A DNA stretch of 32,000 nucleotides. It comes from Formosa sp. Hel1_33_131. GTDB taxonomy: Bacteria; Bacteroidota; Bacteroidia; Flavobacteriales; Flavobacteriaceae. The notes below the pieces were generated by a model. It made no database searches, was not told where the DNA came from, and saw only the letters and a list, made by a program, of their open reading frames with translations. Made by a program: the position numbers and the translations under genes. Every line of letters begins with the position of its first letter. Positions within the stretch are counted from its first letter, which is position 1. This document shows, piece after piece, positions 17,235-25,182 of this stretch. The stretch is taken from positions 1,800,001 through 1,832,000 of the forward strand of contig NZ_CP017260.1 in assembly GCF_001735745.1 (NCBI RefSeq). Direction: 5' to 3'.

Positions 17235-17266
17235 AATGTTCGATATTTCAGTGGAGTTATCTACTA
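17235..17266 (+). repeat. att-like junction J4: module B + core CTACTA, followed by module Y
   Basis: AATGTTCGATATTTCAGTGGAGTTAT-CTACTA, then unique sequence carrying a terminator. Confidence 0.75.
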
Positions 17267-17270
17267 GTAA

Positions 17271-17299
17271 AACCTCTTGAGAAATCAAGAGGTTTTTTT
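17271..17299 (+). terminator. Rho-independent terminator (module Y; inferred native tRNA-downstream terminator)
   Basis: AACCTCTTGA-gaaa-TCAAGAGGTT followed by T5+. Confidence 0.7.
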
Positions 17300-17406
17300 A
17301 GGTCCAAAATTTTAGAATGTGTTTTGTCCGTTTCTTTAGAAATAATTGATTTTGCAAATGTTAGGTAAAATTTTGGGAAATGGATTATTTCTATTTTGTT
17401 GAAATC

Positions 17407-17697
17407 TCACCGTTTTTTCCAAATGGAAGGATTCCTGCTCGTGTGTAAAATTGCAATAACAACAATTTTTTCACCATAAATCTTATAGTACACACCAAAC
17501 GGAAATTTTTTAAGAAAAGCAGCTCGGATATTGCCTAATCGCTTATGGTAACCTTCGGGGACTTGCTTTATTTTGTTGTAACATTGCTCTAGTTCAGCTA
17601 AAAAAGAATCGGCAAGTTTTGGATTTAACTCATCATAATAATCGACAACTTCTTGAATATCTTGTTAGGCAAGGGGACGAGTATAAAAATTAGCCAT
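17407..17697 (-). pseudogene. parE: ParE/RelE-family toxin gene interrupted by an in-frame TAA at codon 11
   Basis: Hand translation: 'MANFYTRPLA*QDIQEVVDYYDELNPKLADSFLAELEQCYNKIKQVPEGYHKRLGNIRAAFLKKFPFGVYYKIYGEKIVVIAILHTSRNPSIWKKR'. The stop is at 17665-17667. The ATG overlaps the antitoxin stop (ATGGCTAA). Confidence 0.7.
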
Positions 17698-17911
17698 TTT
17701 TACGACGAATACTGGCTTTTAATTCTTCAAATGTGAAACCATCATCAGTCGCATTATCTGCTTCTGCTTCTCGTTCTTTTAAAACTCGGATATGTTCAGG
17801 AGAAAGTTCTGAACGCTCATTCATCAACAAAATTTCCATTTGTAATTCCTCAATATTTCTAAAATGAGTTTTAGAAAAATTTAAATCCTTATCAATAATT
17901 ATTGTTGTCAT
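17690..17911 (-). CDS. Putative antitoxin (73 aa) of the ParE-like pair
   Basis: Small acidic protein immediately upstream of, and overlapping, the toxin ORF. A -7 box TATATTTG on the minus strand (plus coordinates 17929-17936) lies 18 nt upstream of the ATG. Confidence 0.5.
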   Translation of the reverse strand: MTTIIIDKDLNFSKTHFRNIEELQMEILLMNERSELSPEHIRVLKEREAEADNATDDGFTFEELKASIRRKNG

Positions 17912-18147
17912 AGCAATGATAGTATATTCAAATATACAAAAAAATCAATAAATTTTTGTGTAATAACTAGTGCTGTCATCGGTTTTAATTTTTTCTCAAA
18001 GAGGTTATTTCTTGCGTTAGGGATTGAATCGGAAAGCCCGACCTTTTGGGAATCATCCTGAAAATTAAGATGTTTTGAATTGTTGGGCGTTTAAAGTTAT
18101 CTATAAAGCCTTATATATCTTTTACGAATAAAATGGGATAGCCGCTA

Positions 18148-18582
18148 CTAACTATCTCTCAACGTTTCAACAAACTTAAGATAGTTCGTTTTTCGTTTTC
18201 TTTCGAAAGCCTTGCGATTGTTAGTGACCTGCTTTTTAATTTTAATTTGAGAGGCATTTAAGACAGACTCCTCAATGGAGTCAATAGAAAACAAATATAA
18301 TTCCATGATAATAGGCAGTGCCGAAAGCCCTCTATCCGTTGCGATATATTGCTTGTTTTTTTTGAAGCCTTCAGGATCTAAGAGTTCCAGAAACCCTTCC
18401 TCAACCAAAAACTTTAATCTGTTGGTAAGAATGTTGGTCGCAATTTTTTCTTTAGAATCTAGGAACTCCTTAAACTTAGATTTTTTGTGTAAAATGACAT
18501 CCCTTAATATCAAAAGAGACCATTTGTCTCCTAAAAGATTAATTGAATACGCAATGGCACATGTACGTTCTATTGTTTTCAT
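18148..18582 (-). CDS. HxlR-family winged-helix transcriptional regulator
   Basis: 'CAIAYSINLLGDKWSLLILRDVILHKKSKFKEFL...IATNILTNRLKFLVEEGFL' is a typical HxlR pattern. A -7 box TACCTTTG on the minus strand (18591-18598) lies just upstream of the ATG. Confidence 0.8.
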   Translation of the reverse strand: MKTIERTCAIAYSINLLGDKWSLLILRDVILHKKSKFKEFLDSKEKIATNILTNRLKFLVEEGFLELLDPEGFKKNKQYIATDRGLSALPIIMELYLFSIDSIEESVLNASQIKIKKQVTNNRKAFERKRKTNYLKFVETLRDS

Positions 18583-18715
18583 AGTTTTTGCAAAGGTACT
18601 GTGAATAATTTTTGTTTTAACAGAATGGTATTGTTTATTTCACAATTGTAATATATCTAAACTATTGTGCCACTGTGTGTTCCCTACACTATTGATTACA
18701 TTTTTTTTCACTCCG

Positions 18716-21700
18716 TCAACAACTCTCAACGATTGCAATTTCCGCTTCCGTTAATCCATAGAGTGCATACACCATCGCATCTATTTCTTTGTCTGTTTGG
18801 TCAATTTGTGTTTTAAGCGCCACGGCTTTTTGCTGTTCTTCTAAAAAGTAAGCTTCCAACTCTGCTTTTTTGGATAAGGACAATACCACTTTTTTCTTTT
18901 GCAGCTCCTTTAAAAAGTCTGCATAGGAGAGTGCAAACCAAGTTTCTAGTTTTTTAGAGAGCTTATCGAGGGATTCATATTCTCTGAGCAAAGTTCTTTG
19001 GAATTTTTGAGACAGCTCTTGCAAGTCTTTGTTTAGTGACAGCATTTGGTTTGTACGATCAATAATAAGGTTTGGGTTCTCTGGAATTTCGGGTAGTGGG
19101 AATGGTTTTAAGTAATTAGTTTTAAACCTGAAATAACCACCTCTTAATTCTGTTCCTGTATTTTTTAGAAAAAACCACATTACTTTAGAATTTAAAATCC
19201 CTAAATAAAACTTTTCATCTACTTTAAATTTTTTATTTTTTACAAATGAATAGATTGTAGTTGGATGATAGAATTCTCCTTTTTCATCATAAGTCATATT
19301 ACATCCTAATGAAATTTCTTGGGTCATTATTTTTGGATGAGGGAATTTCTCATGATTTTTTTGATATATATATAAATACCATCCTTTTTCAACATTCATC
19401 TTACCATTTTCTCTACCTTTTATTTCTTTTTCAAAGTGTTTAAGGTATAAATATGTTTTTGGTAAATTTGATTTTATATATTCTTCACTAATTCCAGTTC
19501 CATTTTCCCCATAAGGGAATAGTACATAATAATTGTTACTAAGCTTTTTGTATTTTGAAATTTCATTCCCTTTAATAAACGGTTTTACTAATTCTTTTTC
19601 TATTTCAAAATGATAATCATATTTAGGATTGTAGGCTTCAATAGAACTCCCTTTATCAATGCCTTCAAAAACATACACAGCATCTAAACTTGTTTGCATC
19701 CCAACAAATATTCTATAAAACACATCATTTATAGTAAATGGTTGTTGCTTTAATTTATCAATAGTATCAAATGTTTTTTGGCTTTGCAAATCCCAATTGT
19801 CCTCATTTAGATTTTCACTCAGGATATAATCCCAATCAAATGGATTATTAATCTCCATAGGTTTTATTTTTTTAAACCGTACTTTATCTTTTTCAGACTT
19901 ATCTAAATTTATAATACATGTATAAGTGGATGCATCCGTAAAAACCATTTCAGAACCAAAATGTAAGATGCTTTCAACAGCAGAATTCTCTTTAAAAAAC
20001 TGTCTTATCCCAGCACCAAAATCGGTAACCAAAAATTTATGAGGCAAAATATAAGAGACAACTCCTTTGGCATGAATTAAATCAAAACTCCTTTGCATAA
20101 AAAGCGCATAAATATCATAATTAGCAGTCGCAGATTGATATTTTTCTTCATAATAATCGCACATTTCAGGGTAATGTTTTATCAATCCCTGTTTTCTCAC
20201 ATACGGCGGATTCCCAATCACCACATCAAACCCACCAGCATATTCGGTACGGAAGGCGTGTGCTTCTGAGCAACAGAGCGCGTTAATGGTATTTTGTAAG
20301 GCTTTGGGATGCGGCGGCAATTCGTGCTTATTTCTGTTCGTCTGAATGTATTTTAGGGTATTCAATAACTGTTCCGTACTGCTAACTTCTTTTGGGGGAC
20401 TGTATTTTTGTTGCCACAACGGTTTGTTTTTCCCATCTACTTTCTCAAGGGGCTTAAGCCCCTTGTAAGGCCCCTTGTAACCCCTCTTGTGAAAATACGA
20501 AGTCCGTCCTTTTATCTTTTGCATAATCGCAGGAATCTCCTCTATAGCGCACACCAATAACAAATGGATATGGTCCCCACAAATGTTATAGGCAAGTATA
20601 TTGAGTTGGTTCTCTTTTGCAACATCCGCAATGATTTGGGTCATCTGCACATCATCTTCAGGAGTAAAATAAATCACATGAGGTTTTGTGCTTCCTTCCC
20701 GTCGTTCTCTAACTTTGTACTTCTCCATTCTTTTTGAAGTCCGACTGTCGTGGATCGTTGTTGTAATATGGTATGGTTTTTTATGTTTTTCTTTAAAAAT
20801 ACTTGGAAATTCCTCTTCCCATTTAAAAGCTTTGTCGCCCGCAACTTTGGGATCGTCAATCAAAGAATTGCCACATTTTATATTGTGATTCAGGCTGTTA
20901 AGTTTACGGTTGGGTTGCGCCGTTCGCAACCACAACGAGAGTTTGGCAATCTCTACAGATTCTTCATTCAGATCCACTCCAAATAAATTATTTTCTAGGA
21001 TGCTATTTTCTACATCACTGAGCATTAAGGTGTCATTATTGTACTTAGCAGACAGTTCATCCACATACCGATGTTCTGCAATCAGAAAATTAAGGGCTTC
21101 GTTTAGAAATGCTCCCGAGCCACAAGCAGGATCACAAATGGTCAGTTGTAACAACCACGTCCTGTAATCGTTCAGTGTTTCCAGTCGTTTTCTACTTCGT
21201 TGTTTGGCGTGTTGATAGGTCTCATCGCTAATGTCCAGCTCTATTTTTTTCTCCGTACAAAGTTTGCCTACCGTGTTTTCTACAATGTATTTGGTGATGT
21301 ATTTTGGGGTATAAAACACACCGTCTTTTTTGCGTTTGGTGGTCGTTTTATCAACCGATTGCCCTTCTAATTGGGCTTTCACTTCATCCAGTTCATTGAG
21401 GGAATTTTCAAAAATATGACCTAAAATATTGACGTCCACTTCACTTTCAAAATCATATTCTGAGAGTTTTAGAGTATGGTTGTAAAGCAACGCATCATCA
21501 ATCGTAATATTGGCTAAAATTGTATCGGGTTTAAAAAGCCCGCCGTTGTATGCAAACACATCGTATTGTTTCCCTTTAAAGCCCGTGTTTAGATACCCAA
21601 AGTATTTTTTAAAACGATCGTATAAAGGTGTGTAGGCATCTAAATCTTTTAACTTTTTCCATTGCTCTAAAATAAGTCTTACAGAATTTGGAGGCAGTAA

Positions 21701-22435
21701 ATTCCGGTCTTCAGAAAAGAATAAAAACAAAAATCGATCTAATAATTTTTGAGATTTTTTAAATAATTCTAAGGCTTCAAATTGGGGATTGAGGTGAGTT
21801 AAATTTTGAAACAACTCTCGTTTAAACAGAGAGTAATCTTTATACAACTGTTTGGTGATGTTTTCTTCTTGACTTAAAGACTCTTCTTTTAATTTTTTAG
21901 GAAGGTTGTTTTTAATATTCTCAAAAGCGATGCATACATACAAGAGTTGAAACACTTCTTCGCTAAGCGTAAACAGATTAAACTCTATATGTTCAATCGC
22001 ATTATCGATGTAAAATCGGAGTTTCTCAAAGTTAGAAGTTATGACATACACACAATCTTGCTGATTGTTTTTATACCCAAACGCTTGGGGTTCTACTTTT
22101 GCTAAATCCGTGGTGTTGGTGCCTTTGAGTTCGATAACACCCACAACGGTGCCATCAATAATAATTCCACCATCTGCTTTTTTGCTGTCTTTGGCATTTT
22201 TAAGTTCAGTGGTAAGATTGAAATTGGTTTCGGGGTTTAGGGTGTATCCAAAAATAGTGACAAACAGATCTCTTAAAAAACCTTCTTGGTACTGTTCCTC
22301 TTTAGCATTCCGAATATTTTCTTGGATTTCAGGATTAAAAAAATGGGCTTTATAAGCGATCCATTTTTCTGAAATGAGGGTCTTATTTTGAGTCTTGAGC
22401 TGTCTAGTGACAACCGTATTTTGAAATAGGGGCAT
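18716..22435 (-). CDS. Single-chain type IIG (MmeI/Eco57I-like) restriction-modification enzyme with an embedded HUH/Y1 transposase-like domain
   Basis: N-terminal PD-ExK ('ADGGIIIDG...VIELKG'). N6A methyltransferase motif I 'ICDPACGSGAFL' (aa 433-444) and motif IV 'VVIGNPPYV' (aa 738-746). TaqI_C-like specificity region ('FVGMQTSLDAVYVF', 'LRGGYFRFKTNYLKPFPLP') and C-terminal 'VYALYGLTEAEIAIVE'. The HUH insert occupies aa 551-733. Confidence 0.85.
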   Translation of the reverse strand: MPLFQNTVVTRQLKTQNKTLISEKWIAYKAHFFNPEIQENIRNAKEEQYQEGFLRDLFVTIFGYTLNPETNFNLTTELKNAKDSKKADGGIIIDGTVVGVIELKGTNTTDLAKVEPQAFGYKNNQQDCVYVITSNFEKLRFYIDNAIEHIEFNLFTLSEEVFQLLYVCIAFENIKNNLPKKLKEESLSQEENITKQLYKDYSLFKRELFQNLTHLNPQFEALELFKKSQKLLDRFLFLFFSEDRNLLPPNSVRLILEQWKKLKDLDAYTPLYDRFKKYFGYLNTGFKGKQYDVFAYNGGLFKPDTILANITIDDALLYNHTLKLSEYDFESEVDVNILGHIFENSLNELDEVKAQLEGQSVDKTTTKRKKDGVFYTPKYITKYIVENTVGKLCTEKKIELDISDETYQHAKQRSRKRLETLNDYRTWLLQLTICDPACGSGAFLNEALNFLIAEHRYVDELSAKYNNDTLMLSDVENSILENNLFGVDLNEESVEIAKLSLWLRTAQPNRKLNSLNHNIKCGNSLIDDPKVAGDKAFKWEEEFPSIFKEKHKKPYHITTTIHDSRTSKRMEKYKVRERREGSTKPHVIYFTPEDDVQMTQIIADVAKENQLNILAYNICGDHIHLLLVCAIEEIPAIMQKIKGRTSYFHKRGYKGPYKGLKPLEKVDGKNKPLWQQKYSPPKEVSSTEQLLNTLKYIQTNRNKHELPPHPKALQNTINALCCSEAHAFRTEYAGGFDVVIGNPPYVRKQGLIKHYPEMCDYYEEKYQSATANYDIYALFMQRSFDLIHAKGVVSYILPHKFLVTDFGAGIRQFFKENSAVESILHFGSEMVFTDASTYTCIINLDKSEKDKVRFKKIKPMEINNPFDWDYILSENLNEDNWDLQSQKTFDTIDKLKQQPFTINDVFYRIFVGMQTSLDAVYVFEGIDKGSSIEAYNPKYDYHFEIEKELVKPFIKGNEISKYKKLSNNYYVLFPYGENGTGISEEYIKSNLPKTYLYLKHFEKEIKGRENGKMNVEKGWYLYIYQKNHEKFPHPKIMTQEISLGCNMTYDEKGEFYHPTTIYSFVKNKKFKVDEKFYLGILNSKVMWFFLKNTGTELRGGYFRFKTNYLKPFPLPEIPENPNLIIDRTNQMLSLNKDLQELSQKFQRTLLREYESLDKLSKKLETWFALSYADFLKELQKKKVVLSLSKKAELEAYFLEEQQKAVALKTQIDQTDKEIDAMVYALYGLTEAEIAIVESC
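20237..20785 (-). other. In-frame IS200/IS605-type Y1 (HUH) transposase-like domain inside the methyltransferase core
   Basis: 'YHITTT', 'LAYNICGDHIHLLLV' (HUH = H622-I-H624, nt 20564-20572), 'IMQKIKGRTSYF', 'LWQQKY' and 'LKYIQTNRNKH' (Tyr696, nt 20348-20350) occur in the canonical order of Y1 transposases. Confidence 0.75.
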
Positions 22436-22461
22436 AGTAGGTTATTAGCAATCTGGGTATT

Positions 22462-22469
22462 CAAATTTA
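22462..22469 (-). promoter_or_regulatory. Candidate Bacteroidota -7 promoter box for the R-M gene
   Basis: The minus strand reads TAAATTTG (TAnnTTTG consensus), 27 nt upstream of the ATG at 22435. Confidence 0.35.
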
Positions 22470-22671
22470 AAAAAAGAACTGGACTTATCGTTTTTTCTTC
22501 TAATAAAAATGAAATTATTTTCATCCAACCTACTGTCAGTGTGTGCGGTACTCTCTACAGATACTGTATTTTTCTCTCAAAATTAAAAATCAAACCAGAG
22601 TTTGATACAGCGTTTAGTTGAATTGTTTTTGTGTTCAATTGCCTTTTAAACAATTCCAAGGAAACTTTAGT

Positions 22672-22679
22672 TACCTTTG
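22672..22679 (+). promoter_or_regulatory. Candidate -7 promoter box for the FAD oxidoreductase gene (near-leaderless)
   Basis: TACCTTTG ends 6 nt before the ATG at 22685. Confidence 0.35.
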
Positions 22680-22684
22680 CCACA

Positions 22685-24244
22685 ATGAGTGTATTCGTAC
22701 AAATTACCATAAAACCAGCACAACAAAAAGACACCGATTTTATACTAAAATCGAGTCTTTTTAAGGCCAAACTGCGTTCAGCAGATATTGTCGATTGGCG
22801 CATCCGAAAACGTTCGATTGATGCCCGAAAGGCAACGATTAAACTCAACTTACAAATCGAATTTTGGTTGCTTGGTGAAACCCGAACACAACCCCAATCT
22901 TTTGTACCACAAGCGGTGCACTCAAAACCCCAAATTGCGATCATAGGTGCAGGGCCTGCAGGGCTCTATGCCGCTTTGCGTGCTATCGAAGCAGGCTTGA
23001 AACCCATAGTATTTGAGCGCGGAAAAGATGTGCGTGCCAGACGTCGCGATTTAGCAGCGATCAACAAAGAACAGATTGTCAACCCCGAATCAAACTATTG
23101 TTTTGGAGAAGGTGGCGCAGGGACTTACTCTGACGGAAAATTATATACACGCTCCAAAAAACGGGGCAATGTCCTCAAAGCCCTCGAATGGTTTGTGCAT
23201 TTTGGAGCGTCGGAAGACATTTTGGTGGAAGCCCATCCACATATAGGAACCAATAAATTACCGGCCATTATTACCGCCATGCGGGAAGCGATTATCGAAG
23301 CAGGCGGGGAGGTACATTTCAACGCCAAACTGACCGATATTCAAATTGAAGACAACGCCATCAAAGATCTAAAAATTAATGACACTGAATGGAAACCCTT
23401 TGAAAATGTCGTCTTAGCGACGGGGCATTCTGCCAGAGATATATTTTATTTACTCCATAAAAAAGGGGTGCACTTACAAGCGAAAGCATTTGCGTTGGGC
23501 GTTCGGGTGGAGCATCCTCAACATTTAATTGATAAAATTCAATACCACGGGGATGTTGAAAATCCGTATTTGCCTCCAGCCTCTTACAGTCTGGTCGATC
23601 AAATTGACGGGAAGGGCGTCTATTCGTTTTGTATGTGTCCGGGTGGAATTATTGCGCCTTGTGCCACGGCTCAAGAAGAAGTAGTCACCAACGGATGGAG
23701 CCCAAGCAAGCGAAATAATCCCTATGCAAATTCGGGGATTGTGGTGAGTGTAGAACCTAAAGATTTACCCAACTATTCAGAAAAAGATCCTTTTGTATGT
23801 CTTGATTTTCAGAAAAAAGTGGAACGTGATTGTTGGGAAGTGGCTGGAAAAACACAGCAAGTACCTGCACAACGCATGATCGATTTTGTGGAAGGAAAAT
23901 TATCGAAAGACTTCCCAAAAACGTCTTACCAACCCGGCATCGTTTCGGTAGACCTTAATACAGTTTTACCTCCAATGATTTCTAAACGGTTGCGAAAAGC
24001 ATTTTCTGTATATGGAAAAAAAATGAAAGGCTATTTCACTAATGAAGCCGTATTGCATGCGCCAGAAAGTCGGACATCCTCACCCATATCCATTCCTAGA
24101 AATTTAGAAACCTTAGAGCATGTCAACGTCAAAGGCTTGTATCCGTGTGGCGAAGGCGCAGGGTATGCAGGTGGTATTATTTCTGCCGCTATTGATGGGA
24201 TTAATTGCGTAGATGCGATAAGTGCGAAACTCACCAGACTCTAA
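22685..24244 (+). CDS. FAD-dependent oxidoreductase (COG2509-like uncharacterised FAD dehydrogenase)
   Basis: Dinucleotide-binding motif 'IAIIGAGPAGLYAALRAIEAGLKPIVFERG'; 'GEGGAGTYSDGKL'; C-terminal 'CGEGAGYAGGI'. The ORF-track start at 22631 is a GTG; the ATG at 22685 ('MSVFVQITIKP') is preferred. Confidence 0.8.
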   Translation: MSVFVQITIKPAQQKDTDFILKSSLFKAKLRSADIVDWRIRKRSIDARKATIKLNLQIEFWLLGETRTQPQSFVPQAVHSKPQIAIIGAGPAGLYAALRAIEAGLKPIVFERGKDVRARRRDLAAINKEQIVNPESNYCFGEGGAGTYSDGKLYTRSKKRGNVLKALEWFVHFGASEDILVEAHPHIGTNKLPAIITAMREAIIEAGGEVHFNAKLTDIQIEDNAIKDLKINDTEWKPFENVVLATGHSARDIFYLLHKKGVHLQAKAFALGVRVEHPQHLIDKIQYHGDVENPYLPPASYSLVDQIDGKGVYSFCMCPGGIIAPCATAQEEVVTNGWSPSKRNNPYANSGIVVSVEPKDLPNYSEKDPFVCLDFQKKVERDCWEVAGKTQQVPAQRMIDFVEGKLSKDFPKTSYQPGIVSVDLNTVLPPMISKRLRKAFSVYGKKMKGYFTNEAVLHAPESRTSSPISIPRNLETLEHVNVKGLYPCGEGAGYAGGIISAAIDGINCVDAISAKLTRL

Positions 24245-24263
24245 ACATTCACTTTATACCAAT

Positions 24264-24294
24264 AAAAAAGACCGTCTTTTCAGACCGTCTTTTT
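24264..24294 (+). terminator. Probable bidirectional terminator between convergent genes
   Basis: A6-GACCGTCT-tttc-AGACCGTC-T5: an 8-bp stem with one C/C mismatch, flanked by an A-run and a T-run. Confidence 0.5.
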
Positions 24295-24344
24295 GATATT
24301 ATTTAGCGATACTAGTTGCTAAGAGTATTTTTTTGGAAATATTA

Positions 24345-25046
24345 TTATTTGAATAGCACGAAGCCATCGTCACTGCCTTCGAAAAACAGGAGCATCGCAT
24401 TTCCCTGTACGGCATAATATGCATTGTTAGTTTCATTGCTTATTTCATCTACGAATGATAGCGTACCACTAAGAGTGCCACTATTTCTAGTAAAAGTCCC
24501 TCCAACGTTGGTCACCTCGTTTTCACAATCCATGTTAGTTACAATAGAGCTATAGGTGTTTGAATTTGTAAAGCTGACTTGAACAGTACTAATACAATTC
24601 TCTGTATCGGTCCCTTCCCAATCGCCAATAAGTGATGTTTCATACGCGTCAACTCTAGTGAGGTTCAATGTTTCGCCGTCGGTCCTAGAAATAGAAATGG
24701 AATCTTGGTTGTTTATTGTCAATGTATCCGTGTCAGTTTCATCTTCCAGAGTATCCGTCGTCGTAAATTGATCGCCGTCTAGCGTCCAAGTTTTCCCCTC
24801 AACAGAAGAAATTGTCTCATCACTTCCCGTTGGGGTTACTTGTATACATATAGACATTTCACCCGATTCAATAAAAGTAATTCGACCGGTAGTAGTTCCT
24901 TCAGACTCTGTAAATTGTGTAGTCCAGTTGCCAATAATGGTTTCTGCAGCTGTTGGCGGTGTAGTCGTGTCAGCAGAAGAATCATCGTCCGAAGACGTAC
25001 AAGCTGTAAGGCTGAAAATTGTAAATAATAATAGTAAATTTTTCAT
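24345..25046 (-). CDS. Lipoprotein, unknown function (paralog of 25259..26200)
   Basis: Lipobox 'FSLTAC' followed by an S/D-rich linker. Shares blocks 'IIGNWT', 'ESGEMS' and 'WTL.G.QFTTTD' with its neighbour. Confidence 0.7.
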   Translation of the reverse strand: MKNLLLLFTIFSLTACTSSDDDSSADTTTPPTAAETIIGNWTTQFTESEGTTTGRITFIESGEMSICIQVTPTGSDETISSVEGKTWTLDGDQFTTTDTLEDETDTDTLTINNQDSISISRTDGETLNLTRVDAYETSLIGDWEGTDTENCISTVQVSFTNSNTYSSIVTNMDCENEVTNVGGTFTRNSGTLSGTLSFVDEISNETNNAYYAVQGNAMLLFFEGSDDGFVLFK

Positions 25047-25182
25047 GGTTAAATTGGTTTTAAATGCAAAACTAATTAAAATTAATGGTAAAATACAACT
25101 TATTTATTTTTAATTGCAAGTCATATCAAACCTGAAGTGTTTTCTTAAAACCAAAAAAAAGCTGGGTTAAAAGTATAAAATC

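Noticed and set aside
20911-20929. Perfect 7-bp inverted repeat GGTTGCG-ccgtt-CGCAACC inside the methyltransferase coding region
   Set aside because: It is an isolated short hairpin within a conserved coding block ('LRTAQP') with no associated signal. It is probably coincidental.
19261-22355. Short ORFs overlapping the type IIG gene (19261..19443, 20674..20859, 20688..20888, 20750..20986, 20910..21167, 22065..22355)
   Set aside because: These are shadow ORFs of the 1239-aa gene, whose frame is continuous and motif-rich throughout. I checked specifically whether the HUH segment might be a separate gene, but it is in the same uninterrupted frame as both methyltransferase halves.
22273-22944. 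ORFs 22273..22524 and 22555..22944 (minus) and the GTG-extended start of 22631..24244
   Set aside because: They fall in the divergent promoter region or antisense to the 5' end of the FAD oxidoreductase gene, have odd composition and carry no motifs. The ATG at 22685, preceded by a TAnnTTTG box, is a better start for the plus-strand gene.
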